Part shown: piece by piece, positions 49,199-60,053 of the stretch | Numbering within the stretch: the first letter of the stretch is position 1 | Layout of the letters: every line of letters begins with the position of its first letter | Source of the DNA: a virus | IMG/VR virus record: IMGVR_UViG_3300033153_008203 | Coordinates: 1 to 64,000 of that record | DNA: 64,000 nucleotides | Reading direction: 5' to 3' (one strand) | Made by a program: the position numbers and the translations under genes | The notes under the pieces: generated by a model | Told to the model about the DNA's origin: nothing | What the model saw: the letters and a program-made list of their open reading frames with translations, nothing else | Databases searched by the model: none

Positions 49199-51920
49199 GT
49201 AAAGCCTCCACAACCTTCTCGTACATCATATCAACAGTAACATTCTCTATGCACTGTTCTCCGTCAGCTCTGATACATGCGCCTGTTGCATTTTTGTCTC
49301 CTTTTTTCCAATGATGACAGCCTATACATACAAGGTCTTTTACATTGACTCCTATAACATTGTCATTTACGATCCTGTACTCAGGGTTTATGCACCCAAA
49401 AAATACTACGCTAGGAACATTCTGGCTTTGTGCAATATGAAAAGGAGAGGAGTCTATTCCGATAAAACATCTTGCCTTTTTTATCACACTACCAGTTTGA
49501 GCAAAACTAGTCTTACCTCTTAAATCAATATCGCATGTGATACTAGGAGTTCCATCAGTGCCTATCAAAACTACACTGTACCCTAAAGACTTTACTTTTT
49601 TCGCTAGCTCATCAAATCTGTCTTGTCTCCAATTACGTCCAGCCCAAGCTGTTGGGCCAGTATGAAAGACAACATAGTCTCCGCTTACATCAACATTATA
49701 GTTTTCGGTACTGAAGCTTATATCTCCAAGTTCTTCTTTTTTAAGATCACATGAATCAGCGTAAGCATCAAGAACGTGTATTTCTTGTATGTTTTCATAT
49801 GAGTCATCTAAGTCATAAAATATGTCGTACTTGTCTCTATTGATACTTGTAACACACTTATGTACATGCTTGTTCTCTGCTAATATTTCTGCACATTTTG
49901 TTATTACCGTTATATTGCTAAGTGGATACTTGTTCTTAAGGCCTTCTATAACAGGGGTAGCTAGAAGAACATCTCCTATGGCGCCTAATCTTTGAACGCC
50001 AATCTTGTATTTGAATGTCCTGTTTTTTAGATAATGTTTCCATCTGTCTAGAAAGTAGTCTCTATTTTTTGCCTGATATCCTCTAAGATCTTCCTTGATA
50101 GTTGACGATGTCTTCTCTCTGTGATGCACTATTGGTACATCTATTGTTGCAATATTCCATCCTTGCTCTCTAAGCCTTAGAGATAGATCGCTATCTTCTT
50201 GGTATGCAAAATGGAGATTCTTTTCGTCAAACAGGCCATATTCATCATATATTTTTCTTGGCATTACCATACATGATGCTTCTACATACTCTGTAGCATG
50301 TCCATGTGTTCCACATCCATCATTGCTTATCGCTGTACACGTGTCGCTCACACCTATTTGAGCAAGTGTTTCGTCAGACTTAAGCTTGTCAATCATGGTC
50401 TTTGCCCAATCTTTGCACAACGTCATATCATCATTAAGCAGACAAATGTATTCGCCTTTGGCTTTTTTTGCTATCACATTATTAGGCTCTAAAAAACCAG
50501 AATTCTTTTTATCTTTAATTAGCTTTATACTTTTATTCTTCATGCATAGATCATCAAGATATGCTGACACTGCACTGCCTTCAACCCTAGCATTCTGATA
50601 GATTATTAGCTCAAAATCTATTGTATATTTTAATACATCATGAATAGTGTTTCGTAAGTAACCAAGGTTGTCCATTGTTACCATCAAAATAGACAGATTG
50701 CATTTTGTTTTCTTGGCTTTTTTTGTAATCCTTCTAACAGGAAAAACCTCATTCTTAGAAAAATCTAAAAACTTGTCTTTTCTGCTATATGTTATGCCAT
50801 AAAAGTAGTCTATATTCTTAAGCTTAGACATGTCATTACTAGTTCCTACATTCCATTCGTCAAGCATGAATAGCGTAGCGTTAAATACATCGTCTATCTC
50901 TAAGGCTTTCATACAATAGTAGTGGTTCTTACATGCCTTATACCAACATGGAGCGCAAGCAAGATCTTTTTGCCATACTGCTATACAGTTCTTAAACCAA
51001 TTAATTCTTGACTGAGGATGAGTAGACCCAAAGATAGAAACTATTTTACAATCTAGTGCTCCTGCCAAATGAAGAAGGCCTGAGTCATGAGCTATAACTA
51101 AGTCAGACTGTTCCATTAAAGCAGCGATGCTTCTTATATTGTACTCGCTTATATTAATACAGTTTACAAGAGAGCTCCATCTATCCTTGTATTCACCTAC
51201 ATTGAAATCATGTATCAAAAATACTAGAGAATTATCATGCTCGTGCATCTCCTTGATAAACTCTATCATTGTATCTCTTGGCCAGTTTCTTCTGTCTGCA
51301 AAACTTCCTGGCTGTATAACTATGAATCTGCTTTTTCTAACTTTCTTGTGATCGTCTAACCAATCCTTTGCCCACTTACGCTCGTCTTCCTCTACAGCGT
51401 ACACGCATTTACCATCGTCTATGTCTATACCTACATAGTTGCCCCACATTGTTTGTCTATCTTTTGGTGCACCTAGTATGTATTCGTCTCTTACTCCTAT
51501 AGCTGTTAGGTCTGCATATATGTCGAATGCTTCTTTCTTAATCTGTTGATAAGGAACTAGTTCGTCTATGTAAGGATTGTTTTGTAATACGTCAAAAAGT
51601 ACCCCGCCAGAATATTCCTTAGTAGTACCATAAGTGATATGACAATCAGGATACTTTTCCTTAAGTGCCTTAAATGTTGGAGTCACCATAAGAGCGTCAC
51701 CAAGCCCACCAAGAGTTCTAACAAGCGCAAACCTTGGAGGTCTGCCATGCATAAGACCATCTATCTTACTAAGCACACTAGAATTTCTAGGTCCTTTAGC
51801 ATCTTTTGCTTTTTGGTTTGCTTCTATAGCTGCATTAAGTCTTTGTGTTTTAATGTCTTGTCTTCTCCTGTCTCCATGACCAGTAAGCATTACTCCACCA
51901 TGAAATTTTCCTTTTGCCAT
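49191..51920 (-). CDS. triple-domain glycosyltransferase (GT9-GT2-GT9)
   Basis: GGLGDALM..HDSGLLHLA; LLNDDM..EDSDLSLR; GAIGDVL..IDSSPFHIA. Confidence 0.88.
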   Translation of the reverse strand: MAKGKFHGGVMLTGHGDRRRQDIKTQRLNAAIEANQKAKDAKGPRNSSVLSKIDGLMHGRPPRFALVRTLGGLGDALMVTPTFKALKEKYPDCHITYGTTKEYSGGVLFDVLQNNPYIDELVPYQQIKKEAFDIYADLTAIGVRDEYILGAPKDRQTMWGNYVGIDIDDGKCVYAVEEDERKWAKDWLDDHKKVRKSRFIVIQPGSFADRRNWPRDTMIEFIKEMHEHDNSLVFLIHDFNVGEYKDRWSSLVNCINISEYNIRSIAALMEQSDLVIAHDSGLLHLAGALDCKIVSIFGSTHPQSRINWFKNCIAVWQKDLACAPCWYKACKNHYYCMKALEIDDVFNATLFMLDEWNVGTSNDMSKLKNIDYFYGITYSRKDKFLDFSKNEVFPVRRITKKAKKTKCNLSILMVTMDNLGYLRNTIHDVLKYTIDFELIIYQNARVEGSAVSAYLDDLCMKNKSIKLIKDKKNSGFLEPNNVIAKKAKGEYICLLNDDMTLCKDWAKTMIDKLKSDETLAQIGVSDTCTAISNDGCGTHGHATEYVEASCMVMPRKIYDEYGLFDEKNLHFAYQEDSDLSLRLREQGWNIATIDVPIVHHREKTSSTIKEDLRGYQAKNRDYFLDRWKHYLKNRTFKYKIGVQRLGAIGDVLLATPVIEGLKNKYPLSNITVITKCAEILAENKHVHKCVTSINRDKYDIFYDLDDSYENIQEIHVLDAYADSCDLKKEELGDISFSTENYNVDVSGDYVVFHTGPTAWAGRNWRQDRFDELAKKVKSLGYSVVLIGTDGTPSITCDIDLRGKTSFAQTGSVIKKARCFIGIDSSPFHIAQSQNVPSVVFFGCINPEYRIVNDNVIGVNVKDLVCIGCHHWKKGDKNATGACIRADGEQCIENVTVDMMYEKVVEALHE

Positions 51921-51922
51921 TC

Positions 51923-52909
51923 TTATTCTTCCTCAGCTAAAGACGCACATATAAGAAGCCCGTTGGCAACTGCAGTAAGAGGATCGTTAGCATGTTTTAC
52001 CTCAGACACTTCAACAGGAAGAGGATTTCTCTCCAGTGATTCTCTAAACTTGCCTATAAAGTTGCCTGCCAAGGATGTTCCGCCTGACACCACAATAGGA
52101 ACAGGATTCTTAAAGCTAGGTAAGTCATCGGACTTGGATAGCCTACCAGCTATATTCTTAATAACATAATCTATTAGGTTTCCATAATATATGGAGATCG
52201 CTTCTTGTATTCTTCCTTCAGGACTAAGTAGATCAATACCTTTTTCTTTCTCGGTCTGAACCTTACTTGCTGTAAGATCAAGTGCAGTGGCAACGCTCTG
52301 ATCTATCCAGTCTCCTGATCTTGCTATTGAGAACTGAACTGCAGGAACACCCATGATTCCAACTGATACGTTAATCATACCTGCGCCACAACTGATTGCT
52401 ATACCAGTAAGTCCATCGTCCAAGAGTTCTGAGTAGGCAATAGCTTCAGCTTCATTAAGAGAGCATGGCTCGTACCCAAGATCAGAAAGAATCTTATTGA
52501 ATACGTTCTCGTGATATATGATGTCAAAGTTCTCGTCTACAGGCGCAGCCGGCACTGAGTAGTAACACTTTTCTCCTTTTTTAGAGGCCTTACCTATGGC
52601 CTTTTCAATAATGATTTTTATAACAGGAAATGCATCTTTTTCTTTCGGAGAGATTACACCTTTACTCATTGGTCTCTGAGCATTTGCGTTAAACATATTG
52701 GCAAACTCAACTGCTTCGTTACCTATCACAAGGAGCTTCCCATCCTTAGCAAGAAAATTAGCTTTAACTTGCTTTAGCATCTTTTGCCTGAAAGGATTGT
52801 CTTCTATTTCAAAGAACGAATCCCGGATACTTGTAAATTCCGTGTTCCCATCTTTATCTAGACGTCCTCCTACGATAAAGCCTGTTCCGATATCTAATGA
52901 TTTTCCCAT
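51923..52909 (-). CDS. actin-like ATPase (MreB/ParM superfamily)
   Basis: LDIGTG (phosphate 1), NEAEA, SCGAG (phosphate 2), VSGGTS (adenosine), AVANG. Confidence 0.85.
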   Translation of the reverse strand: MGKSLDIGTGFIVGGRLDKDGNTEFTSIRDSFFEIEDNPFRQKMLKQVKANFLAKDGKLLVIGNEAVEFANMFNANAQRPMSKGVISPKEKDAFPVIKIIIEKAIGKASKKGEKCYYSVPAAPVDENFDIIYHENVFNKILSDLGYEPCSLNEAEAIAYSELLDDGLTGIAISCGAGMINVSVGIMGVPAVQFSIARSGDWIDQSVATALDLTASKVQTEKEKGIDLLSPEGRIQEAISIYYGNLIDYVIKNIAGRLSKSDDLPSFKNPVPIVVSGGTSLAGNFIGKFRESLERNPLPVEVSEVKHANDPLTAVANGLLICASLAEEE

Positions 52910-53307
52910 TACGTGTCTCCCTTTATTTTTTTAAGTTTATTCATTTTTTCTTTAATGCTTTCGCCTTTAGTTGATTCTATATTATCTAAATTGACAGAGA
53001 AATCCTCTGACTCAGTAGGATCTACGAAGCTCGATTCAAGTTCTATTGTATCAGAGTCTACAGGTTGTGGAACCCCTGCGTTACTCACTACTATTTGTTG
53101 TTGTGGGATATTTTTCGATATTTCTTGAGCCATCTCTTTAGCCATTGCTTTGGCCATCTCAAGCATGTCTTCTTTGGTGAAGCCTTCTGATTTCTTGGGA
53201 GATTTTTTGTGTGTGATTGTTGGCATGATTGGCCTACCTTTTGACGCAGGCCTATTAGAGCATACTACGCCACCTTTTAGATATACTTTCGGATATGATG
53301 TATTCAT
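52909..53307 (-). CDS. hypothetical protein
   Basis: ORF coupled to the actin-like gene. Confidence 0.6.
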   Translation of the reverse strand: MNTSYPKVYLKGGVVCSNRPASKGRPIMPTITHKKSPKKSEGFTKEDMLEMAKAMAKEMAQEISKNIPQQQIVVSNAGVPQPVDSDTIELESSFVDPTESEDFSVNLDNIESTKGESIKEKMNKLKKIKGDT

Positions 53308-53313
53308 GTTTCA

Positions 53314-53639
53314 TTACTGTTGTAAGCGTCTAGATGCGTTCCAAGTAGGCTCCCCAGTTAACCCTACCGACCCAGTCTTTGATCCTTGAATCCATGGCCT
53401 TAATACTTGATGCCAACTTAATGTACCAGAGGAAGCATCGTATAAGTTCATCCAAAATGGGAGGTTATTGGAGTTGACCCTTCAAGTGACGTTAAGTCAA
53501 CTTTTATTAACCCTGTCTGAGAACCAAATCTAGCAGCTACAGTTGAAGCGACACCAAAATTCCAAGTAGGAACATTAGAATAAAGATAAGTATCTTCAAT
53601 AACACCACCGTCAACGCCATCTTCAATAGTTACTTCCAT
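53314..53639 (-). pseudogene. frameshifted, truncated paralog of 58053-58733 (DNRLRE-like)
   Basis: VTIED..IEDTYL.SNVPTWN..HFG* continues in a shifted frame as W.QVLRPW.QG. Confidence 0.7.
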
Positions 53640-53992
53640 TAAGCTATTGTATCTCCAGATATAACAACTAATTGAGGATCTATTTCATGAACATAGCTAT
53701 CGCTAGCTCTATATATTTGAACAGATAAGTAATATGTTCCGTATGTTAAGTTTTCTCCTGCTATAGCAGCCTCTTGAGCAGTAGAGCTCAGAACAAGATT
53801 AACTGTTCCTCCATCCACTTCTGCATCTGCTACAACGCTAGCTATAATAGGTACTGCTTGAGTACCTAATGTTCTTGACGGCTTATCATATAGTCCAGCA
53901 GTAGCTGTGAAACCGTCTAATGAAAATGGAGCAGTAACCGTTACTACTGGTGTCCAAGTATTTCCTAATCTAAAATTTAGTTGTGTTGCCAT
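53639..53992 (-). CDS. putative virion/baseplate-associated protein
   Basis: Beta-rich; G.YY pattern; late region. Confidence 0.5.
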   Translation of the reverse strand: MATQLNFRLGNTWTPVVTVTAPFSLDGFTATAGLYDKPSRTLGTQAVPIIASVVADAEVDGGTVNLVLSSTAQEAAIAGENLTYGTYYLSVQIYRASDSYVHEIDPQLVVISGDTIA

Positions 53993-53997
53993 AATAA

Positions 53998-54159
53998 TTA
54001 CTCCGGATCACAAGTTATAGTGTATGTTATTTCGTCTGACTCTATGACAACTGTAATGGCTGGACTGTCAGCAAAAGTAGTTTCAATCTCACCATCAACA
54101 GGAACAACTTGTCCTGCTGTGCCACTACCGCCTATTCCTACTGGAAAAAGATTTGCCAT
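53998..54159 (-). CDS. small hypothetical protein
   Basis: MANLFPVG, TAATG overlap. Confidence 0.5.
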   Translation of the reverse strand: MANLFPVGIGGSGTAGQVVPVDGEIETTFADSPAITVVIESDEITYTITCDPE

Positions 54160-54761
54160 TATGCTCTTATCCTGCTTATTGGATTGTCTACATTTGGAGC
54201 CAGATCCCATCTTGCTATCTCAGTATCATCAGTGTCTTTTAGTATCAACTGAGTACCTTCTATGGTATAGTTACCTATTCCTGCAACAGATGCTTCTTTA
54301 GATAGGTCTCCTACAACCTCTAGAGAGTGCTTTGTTCTGTCGAATAGCTGAGCTCCATCTTTATTCTTCATCTCATTTAAGTTGCCTAGTACCGTATTTG
54401 TACTATAAGCTGATGACGATGGAACATAAACTGCCCCGGAAAAATAGTGTGCCTCAAAATCATTGCCGGGAGCATTTGTCCCACCGTTATTCATGTACAC
54501 ATTATATATCTCTGCTGTCACATCTATATGAGTAATATCAAGAGCGTATACTCCAGGAAGATTAGTAGCATCTACTTCATTTATAGTAACATCATTGTAT
54601 CCACCTTGCCACCCGTCTAAAGAATCATTGAGCCACTCATCTGTAGATTTTTTCTGTACTGCAATAGCAGGTGTCTCTCCAGTTTGGCCAACATTATTTT
54701 TAAATATCTCAAAATACAAGGTTACAGTGTCTCCCATACCGTGCTTAAAATATGTTTGCAT
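54159..54761 (-). CDS. putative virion protein
   Basis: 200-aa ORF in late operon. Confidence 0.55.
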   Translation of the reverse strand: MQTYFKHGMGDTVTLYFEIFKNNVGQTGETPAIAVQKKSTDEWLNDSLDGWQGGYNDVTINEVDATNLPGVYALDITHIDVTAEIYNVYMNNGGTNAPGNDFEAHYFSGAVYVPSSSAYSTNTVLGNLNEMKNKDGAQLFDRTKHSLEVVGDLSKEASVAGIGNYTIEGTQLILKDTDDTEIARWDLAPNVDNPISRIRA

Positions 54762-56155
54762 TATCCATTCACCTCTACTGGTTCATATAGCCAATAAGTA
54801 CGTATACTTAATGCAGATGCAGATGAAGCACCTATATCTGCAAAATTACAAATAGGCTTATATCGTCTATCACAATAAAATAATTGAGCATCGCTCTGTA
54901 TAAACTTTGTAGTTAAACTTGTATCATTGTGAAAAACATGACGAATTATATCATCTTGTATTTGATCAGTTTCGAAATCAATAGTATGAATTAACAATTC
55001 ACTCGAACCAGCACTTTCATCAGTCTTTACCTCTATTTTAGTTAGCAATGCAGGGCAAGCACAATATATTACAAAGTAACATGATCTTTCTGCATCTGTC
55101 ATTATATCTGAGCCATTGACACTGAAGCAACTAGCAGAATTATATTTTTGAGTTGCACTACCATATATTTTACATTCACCGCTAGTAGGATTTTTAATAT
55201 GGATTCCATAATAATTACCGACAGTCAATTGATTGCCATACTCATGCGAACCATAATGCATATGATAAATGCCAATTCTCTTCGTAAGACCTAAAGCAGT
55301 ATACAGTGATGTATTACCATTATCAAGAGTTAACACAGTTCCTTCTACAGTAATATTGTCACTGTTAACAGGAGCAGTTAGTCCGAAATCTATTAATTCG
55401 ATTTCAATCTCTCCCGCAGAGCCATGTAATTCTATATCATCTAAATAGAATGTGTGGAGCGCTGAAGTACAACTAATCATTTCAAACTGTACATACCTTA
55501 TATTACTCCAATCCATATTAGCAAAATTAGAAAAATCAAAGAAACTTAAATCTTGTTCGAACCACTGACTAGGTGGTTGATTAAATACTAGACTAGCTAC
55601 ATTCGCTGAATTATCTATTATATTTATTTGCCATATACAAGTTAAATCTACATCATTCCATATCCAAAAGTTTATATTTGCATATGGTGACCAATCCACG
55701 CCACCAGCACCTAAATCTCGTGTTACTGTATCTCCTGGTGATTGGTTTTTTCTACATTGAATAGCCATAGATTGTGAACCACTGTGAACTGTAGAGGTAT
55801 CTAGAGTAACAAAAGTATTTGTTGGATCAGAAGCTACCCATTCTGTTTCCAATTCTGACGTATCTGCATAACCTTCGAAATCTTCTGAAATATCCTCACT
55901 ACCACTTCCTTGTAAAGTTAAGTGAATGTCATGTAAGTTATTAGTAGATGCCTTGAAGACTTGACATACTGTGTCTCCAGTGGTTGTCAAAGTATGCGTA
56001 ATTTCACTCTTGTCGACCATATTCTCATTAGGAATGTGTGGAGATATATCAAACTCTAAATTAACACCTCTAGAAGTTATAATTTTATTAGTAAAGTCCA
56101 ATAACTGCTTAGATTTTCTAGAATCAATTACTTCTTGTGTACCATATATTGCCAT
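54761..56155 (-). CDS. putative virion protein with carbohydrate-binding-module-like segment
   Basis: EDFEGY..W, DWSPY..INFWI, FYLDDIEL pattern. Confidence 0.6.
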   Translation of the reverse strand: MAIYGTQEVIDSRKSKQLLDFTNKIITSRGVNLEFDISPHIPNENMVDKSEITHTLTTTGDTVCQVFKASTNNLHDIHLTLQGSGSEDISEDFEGYADTSELETEWVASDPTNTFVTLDTSTVHSGSQSMAIQCRKNQSPGDTVTRDLGAGGVDWSPYANINFWIWNDVDLTCIWQINIIDNSANVASLVFNQPPSQWFEQDLSFFDFSNFANMDWSNIRYVQFEMISCTSALHTFYLDDIELHGSAGEIEIELIDFGLTAPVNSDNITVEGTVLTLDNGNTSLYTALGLTKRIGIYHMHYGSHEYGNQLTVGNYYGIHIKNPTSGECKIYGSATQKYNSASCFSVNGSDIMTDAERSCYFVIYCACPALLTKIEVKTDESAGSSELLIHTIDFETDQIQDDIIRHVFHNDTSLTTKFIQSDAQLFYCDRRYKPICNFADIGASSASALSIRTYWLYEPVEVNG

Positions 56156-56165
56156 TTTAAATTCC

Positions 56166-56954
56166 TTAGTTAAGTTTTAGATATCCATTCCAAGAAGCAG
56201 AAACATATGAACCAACAAAATCTGACCATGCTGTTACCTTTATTAATGACAACTCTGGTATTTTATATGGTTCTGGAAAAGTATTAGAATAATTCGAATC
56301 TTGTAAAAAACAATCATCAATAAAAATAAATGCTCCTGGATATTCTGTATGGAATTTTATACCATCATGAGATGTAGAACGAATACGTATTTCGACAGGT
56401 TTACCGCCAACACTATTTGCTCTCCAAGAAGTTAGATACAGTGTATGGCCTTTTGGGACCATTCTCATAGTATTTAGTGCCATATTCCCACCAGTCGATA
56501 TCTCTTGATAAATCTTAGTAGAATCACTAGTTCTGTATATAGTTATATTTCCAACTGCTACACCATTACTACCAACAACCGCAGTATGCATGTTCTGAAT
56601 AAATCTTACATTAGGATCTGAAAGATTAACTGGAGTAAGACCAGCCATCGTAACTACTTCAGTTTGTGAATCACCATTGGCATCCAAATAATCAACACTT
56701 AAAGTATTAACACCTGTTCCGGCATTAGTGTCATTACCATCATCAGATACAACACTAATTTGCTCTCCTGCTTCTGGTGGTACTGGAAGTTTTGCATTTA
56801 TTCCAGTCCATATATCACTACCTTGTGGAACAATACTAATGCTTCTTCGTGAAGAATAGCCAGCAAACGGTATTCGATCATCTACTAAGCCTTCAGCTAT
56901 AGCGTTTCCTAATGGTATATTCTTTACTTCATCTACAATATTTATTGCGCCCAT
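56166..56954 (-). CDS. putative virion protein
   Basis: D..AGTG..GNIT..VPKG pattern. Confidence 0.55.
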   Translation of the reverse strand: MGAINIVDEVKNIPLGNAIAEGLVDDRIPFAGYSSRRSISIVPQGSDIWTGINAKLPVPPEAGEQISVVSDDGNDTNAGTGVNTLSVDYLDANGDSQTEVVTMAGLTPVNLSDPNVRFIQNMHTAVVGSNGVAVGNITIYRTSDSTKIYQEISTGGNMALNTMRMVPKGHTLYLTSWRANSVGGKPVEIRIRSTSHDGIKFHTEYPGAFIFIDDCFLQDSNYSNTFPEPYKIPELSLIKVTAWSDFVGSYVSASWNGYLKLN

Positions 56955-56958
56955 AATA

Positions 56959-58056
56959 TTATCCTATTTTATTTCCAGTTTCTTTTAAGCTGTGCTGACC
57001 TGTATCGAATCCCGTGCCTTTTATCTCGTCTAAAGATGCTTCAATTGCCAAGGTGTCAAGCTCTATATCTATACTGTCGATGGTATCTTGTATTGACTTG
57101 AGAGTTTCATCAGTCCAACCAGCACCCTTTATCTCATCAAAAATATCTTTTAATGCAGACAATCCATATGCTGTGTCCTCTAAAAGGATATTAGTATTTT
57201 GTATACCAACGTTATCAGCAGGTATATACAGTTGTTCTAGATGACCAAAGAATATTGAATCTATCCACAACTCATGAGTTGGCCACGATGTAGGTTCGTG
57301 AGTAATACGAATTCTTGCAGTATATGGAGCGCCGCCAGCAGAATAGTAGTCTGCTACAGTCCCAGGAATATTAAAGTCAACAACGATATCCTCATTTGAA
57401 TTAGGAATATCTCTAGCACCAGCTCTGATATTGTCCCACTGAGCTAAAGTATAGTTCCAGATTAATACTTCAACTTGATGACCAGCAGAGCCTAAATATC
57501 TACCTATAAAGTGGAAAGAAGGATGCAATTCATCAATGTTTTGAAAATCGAAATCTATTATAAAACTACCATCTTCTGCAAATTTCATATACTGCTGATT
57601 GACAGTCTCAATGTCTGAAATCGTACCTTCTATTACAGAAGAGTCTTGCACAATATCATACGCATGAGGATAGTGACCCATTATATAAGGAGCTGATGCA
57701 AGTCTAGTCTTTATAATCACCATAAGCTCTTGTAATGTTTCGGTTGAAAAGCCTCCGCCCATAATAGTGTCTAATGTAGCTTCTTTGGCTACTGTACTAT
57801 TTAGTGCTATGTCTCCGTCTGCTATACCAAAGATCCCTATTGCAAAATTGTCAGGAGTAGTTGTCTCTTTAATGTAGAAATCAGTATCTTCAGTTATGTT
57901 TGGATTTGTAAGCCTATAAAAACCATTTCCGCGCTCTACTAATGTCATGCCTGTTTGAGACACGTCTGTATTGTCTGATATCTTCTTACACCAATCGATA
58001 GTGAGATCTCCAAATACTAATCCAGTACTTGTTAGATTTATTATTGCTTCCATCAA
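56959..58056 (-). CDS. putative virion protein
   Basis: 365-aa acidic ORF with EIKGxG repeats. Confidence 0.55.
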   Translation of the reverse strand: MMEAIINLTSTGLVFGDLTIDWCKKISDNTDVSQTGMTLVERGNGFYRLTNPNITEDTDFYIKETTTPDNFAIGIFGIADGDIALNSTVAKEATLDTIMGGGFSTETLQELMVIIKTRLASAPYIMGHYPHAYDIVQDSSVIEGTISDIETVNQQYMKFAEDGSFIIDFDFQNIDELHPSFHFIGRYLGSAGHQVEVLIWNYTLAQWDNIRAGARDIPNSNEDIVVDFNIPGTVADYYSAGGAPYTARIRITHEPTSWPTHELWIDSIFFGHLEQLYIPADNVGIQNTNILLEDTAYGLSALKDIFDEIKGAGWTDETLKSIQDTIDSIDIELDTLAIEASLDEIKGTGFDTGQHSLKETGNKIG

Positions 58057-58733
58057 TATATTCTCCTAGATCGCTGTGGCGAATTTATGCTAGCTATTTT
58101 TCTATTTCCATAATACGAATTTGAGTTCCATCCTGGTGCTGCTTCCGTATATTCCATATAAAAATAAGGTTTATTTCCGGCTACTGTTTGAGAAGATCTC
58201 CATGCTATCCTCGATGGATTCTCAGGCCTTAACAAGAGTCCAAAGTTAGTTGATGAGTTGTCAATCCAATCTTGAGTTAGCGTATTAGTTACAACTAGAT
58301 GTTGGTCTGAGGTTACCCCTGTTATAGAGACCGTTCCATCTGCAACCGATTCCCTGTCTGGGTCTGCCCCTTCTGTACCTTCACAACCTGCGGTATCCCA
58401 TAAAACGGAAGGTCTTATCGCAAAATCCCAATCCGAAGCACCTACTTCTGGCCCGTCTATCTCACTACCTTCACCCCAATCGCGGAGAACTTTATACCAA
58501 GCTGCACTCATAGGTACTGTGGTTGCAGAATGCACATCAACCCCAAAATGTGCTGTGGTTACGGTGACATCTGAATAAGCAGTCAGTATTATTTTAAATA
58601 TCGCATTGTATCTAGTACCGTCTACACTAATTGGTGAGACTTCAGGCCTACCTCCTAGATTCCATGTTGGCACGTTACTGGCTAAGTAGTTGTCTTCTAG
58701 TATTCCACTATCGTCATCAATCGTTACATTCAT
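58053..58733 (-). CDS. DNRLRE-like domain virion protein
   Basis: EDNYL..P.WN.G, W.TAG, NFGLLL, KPYF.MEY. Confidence 0.6.
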   Translation of the reverse strand: MNVTIDDDSGILEDNYLASNVPTWNLGGRPEVSPISVDGTRYNAIFKIILTAYSDVTVTTAHFGVDVHSATTVPMSAAWYKVLRDWGEGSEIDGPEVGASDWDFAIRPSVLWDTAGCEGTEGADPDRESVADGTVSITGVTSDQHLVVTNTLTQDWIDNSSTNFGLLLRPENPSRIAWRSSQTVAGNKPYFYMEYTEAAPGWNSNSYYGNRKIASINSPQRSRRIY

Positions 58734-59407
58734 TACATCCTTACAGGCGCTGCAGCTGCTCTAAGCCAGGCTTCGTCAACCACCTTTTTAAATGTTTGAA
58801 GTCCACCAACAACCTCAGTCAATACTAAAGTAACAAGACTCTCTTCCTCATTAGCATCTGTAGCAGGATTGACTCTCATTGTAATAGATTTTAAATCGTT
58901 ACCCATTGCTACTATGGCACCTTCTTGCTGAATATAGGTATAGTCCTGACCATATGTTTTGATTGAAAAGGTATACTCAAAAGGAGCTGTTGAAGGATCG
59001 CTAATTATAATGTTTATAGCTACGCCTTTATATGTAGGAGTATGCTCAATCTCTACTCCATTATCGCTAGTGAATTTAGGTTTACCATTAGATACATCAG
59101 GTAATGCACTGTCTCCACCAAGATATTTAAAGCTAATCCCTTTGTTATCTTTGTATTTTATCTTACATAGATGCTTGTTGGTTTCACCGGAATCTGTAAA
59201 TCTAAGCTCACCATATCTACCACGATTCACCTGATGAGTTGTCACTCCATCAACGACAGAATCTATGCTCATATCACAAGGGACGAACGATCCGTCTTCC
59301 TGTATATCGTTCAGACCATTTTGAAAGGTAGTGCCTATAATAGGTTTGCCATTCTGGAACCTACCAGTTGAACTTTCATTAATATCCCAATCCTTATGCT
59401 TAATCAT
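58733..59407 (-). CDS. putative virion protein
   Basis: 224-aa ORF, TAATG coupled. Confidence 0.55.
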   Translation of the reverse strand: MIKHKDWDINESSTGRFQNGKPIIGTTFQNGLNDIQEDGSFVPCDMSIDSVVDGVTTHQVNRGRYGELRFTDSGETNKHLCKIKYKDNKGISFKYLGGDSALPDVSNGKPKFTSDNGVEIEHTPTYKGVAINIIISDPSTAPFEYTFSIKTYGQDYTYIQQEGAIVAMGNDLKSITMRVNPATDANEEESLVTLVLTEVVGGLQTFKKVVDEAWLRAAAAPVRM

Positions 59408-60047
59408 TATACGTACCTCATACTAGTGTTATTTTTTAAATCTCCTCGTAGCTTTGCCGCTAGTTGTGTCCTAGAGGTACCTAAAAGCTTTGCTGCATCT
59501 GCTATACTATTAAAAACTCTACTTCCAGCTACACAGATCACTTTGATTGACTTTGCATTATTTTTTTTCATTTCTTGCTTAGACTTATCCGTGTGCTTTA
59601 TCCCAAGTTTAGCAAGACTATCATTCTTCCTGTGTTCATCAGTGTGTTTTATCCCAAGCTTAGCCTCGCTCATTTTCTTCTTTGATTCATCGCTATGCTT
59701 CCTTCCAGCTATAGCAATACTTAGCTTATGTTTAGGCTCGTTGGATAGCTTGCCTGACCTATCATATGTTCCTATTAATTTGCAGTTCAAGCCTTTGTCT
59801 TCTATTACACTATGTAGATCTTGATAGAAACGTTCTCTTTCGTTTAGAGATGTTCGCTACACAGTTCTATTATTTCAAGCATGTGATTTTCTACGCCATG
59901 TTTTTTAAATGACCTATACAATCTAGTCTGCTCTTTGCAATCTAACCGCACATACTTTTTAAATCTTTTCTCTATATTTACAGACTGGCCAATATACACT
60001 CGTCCTGACGGACTCGTTATCTTGTATATTCCTTGCTTCTTATTCAT
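59407..60047 (-). pseudogene. GIY-YIG homing endonuclease with NUMOD repeats, frameshifted near 59846
   Basis: GIYKIT..VYIGQS..R; continues LNERERFYQ..GLN in the -1 frame; KHSDESKKKMS repeats. Confidence 0.85.
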
Positions 60048-60053
60048 AGGTCC

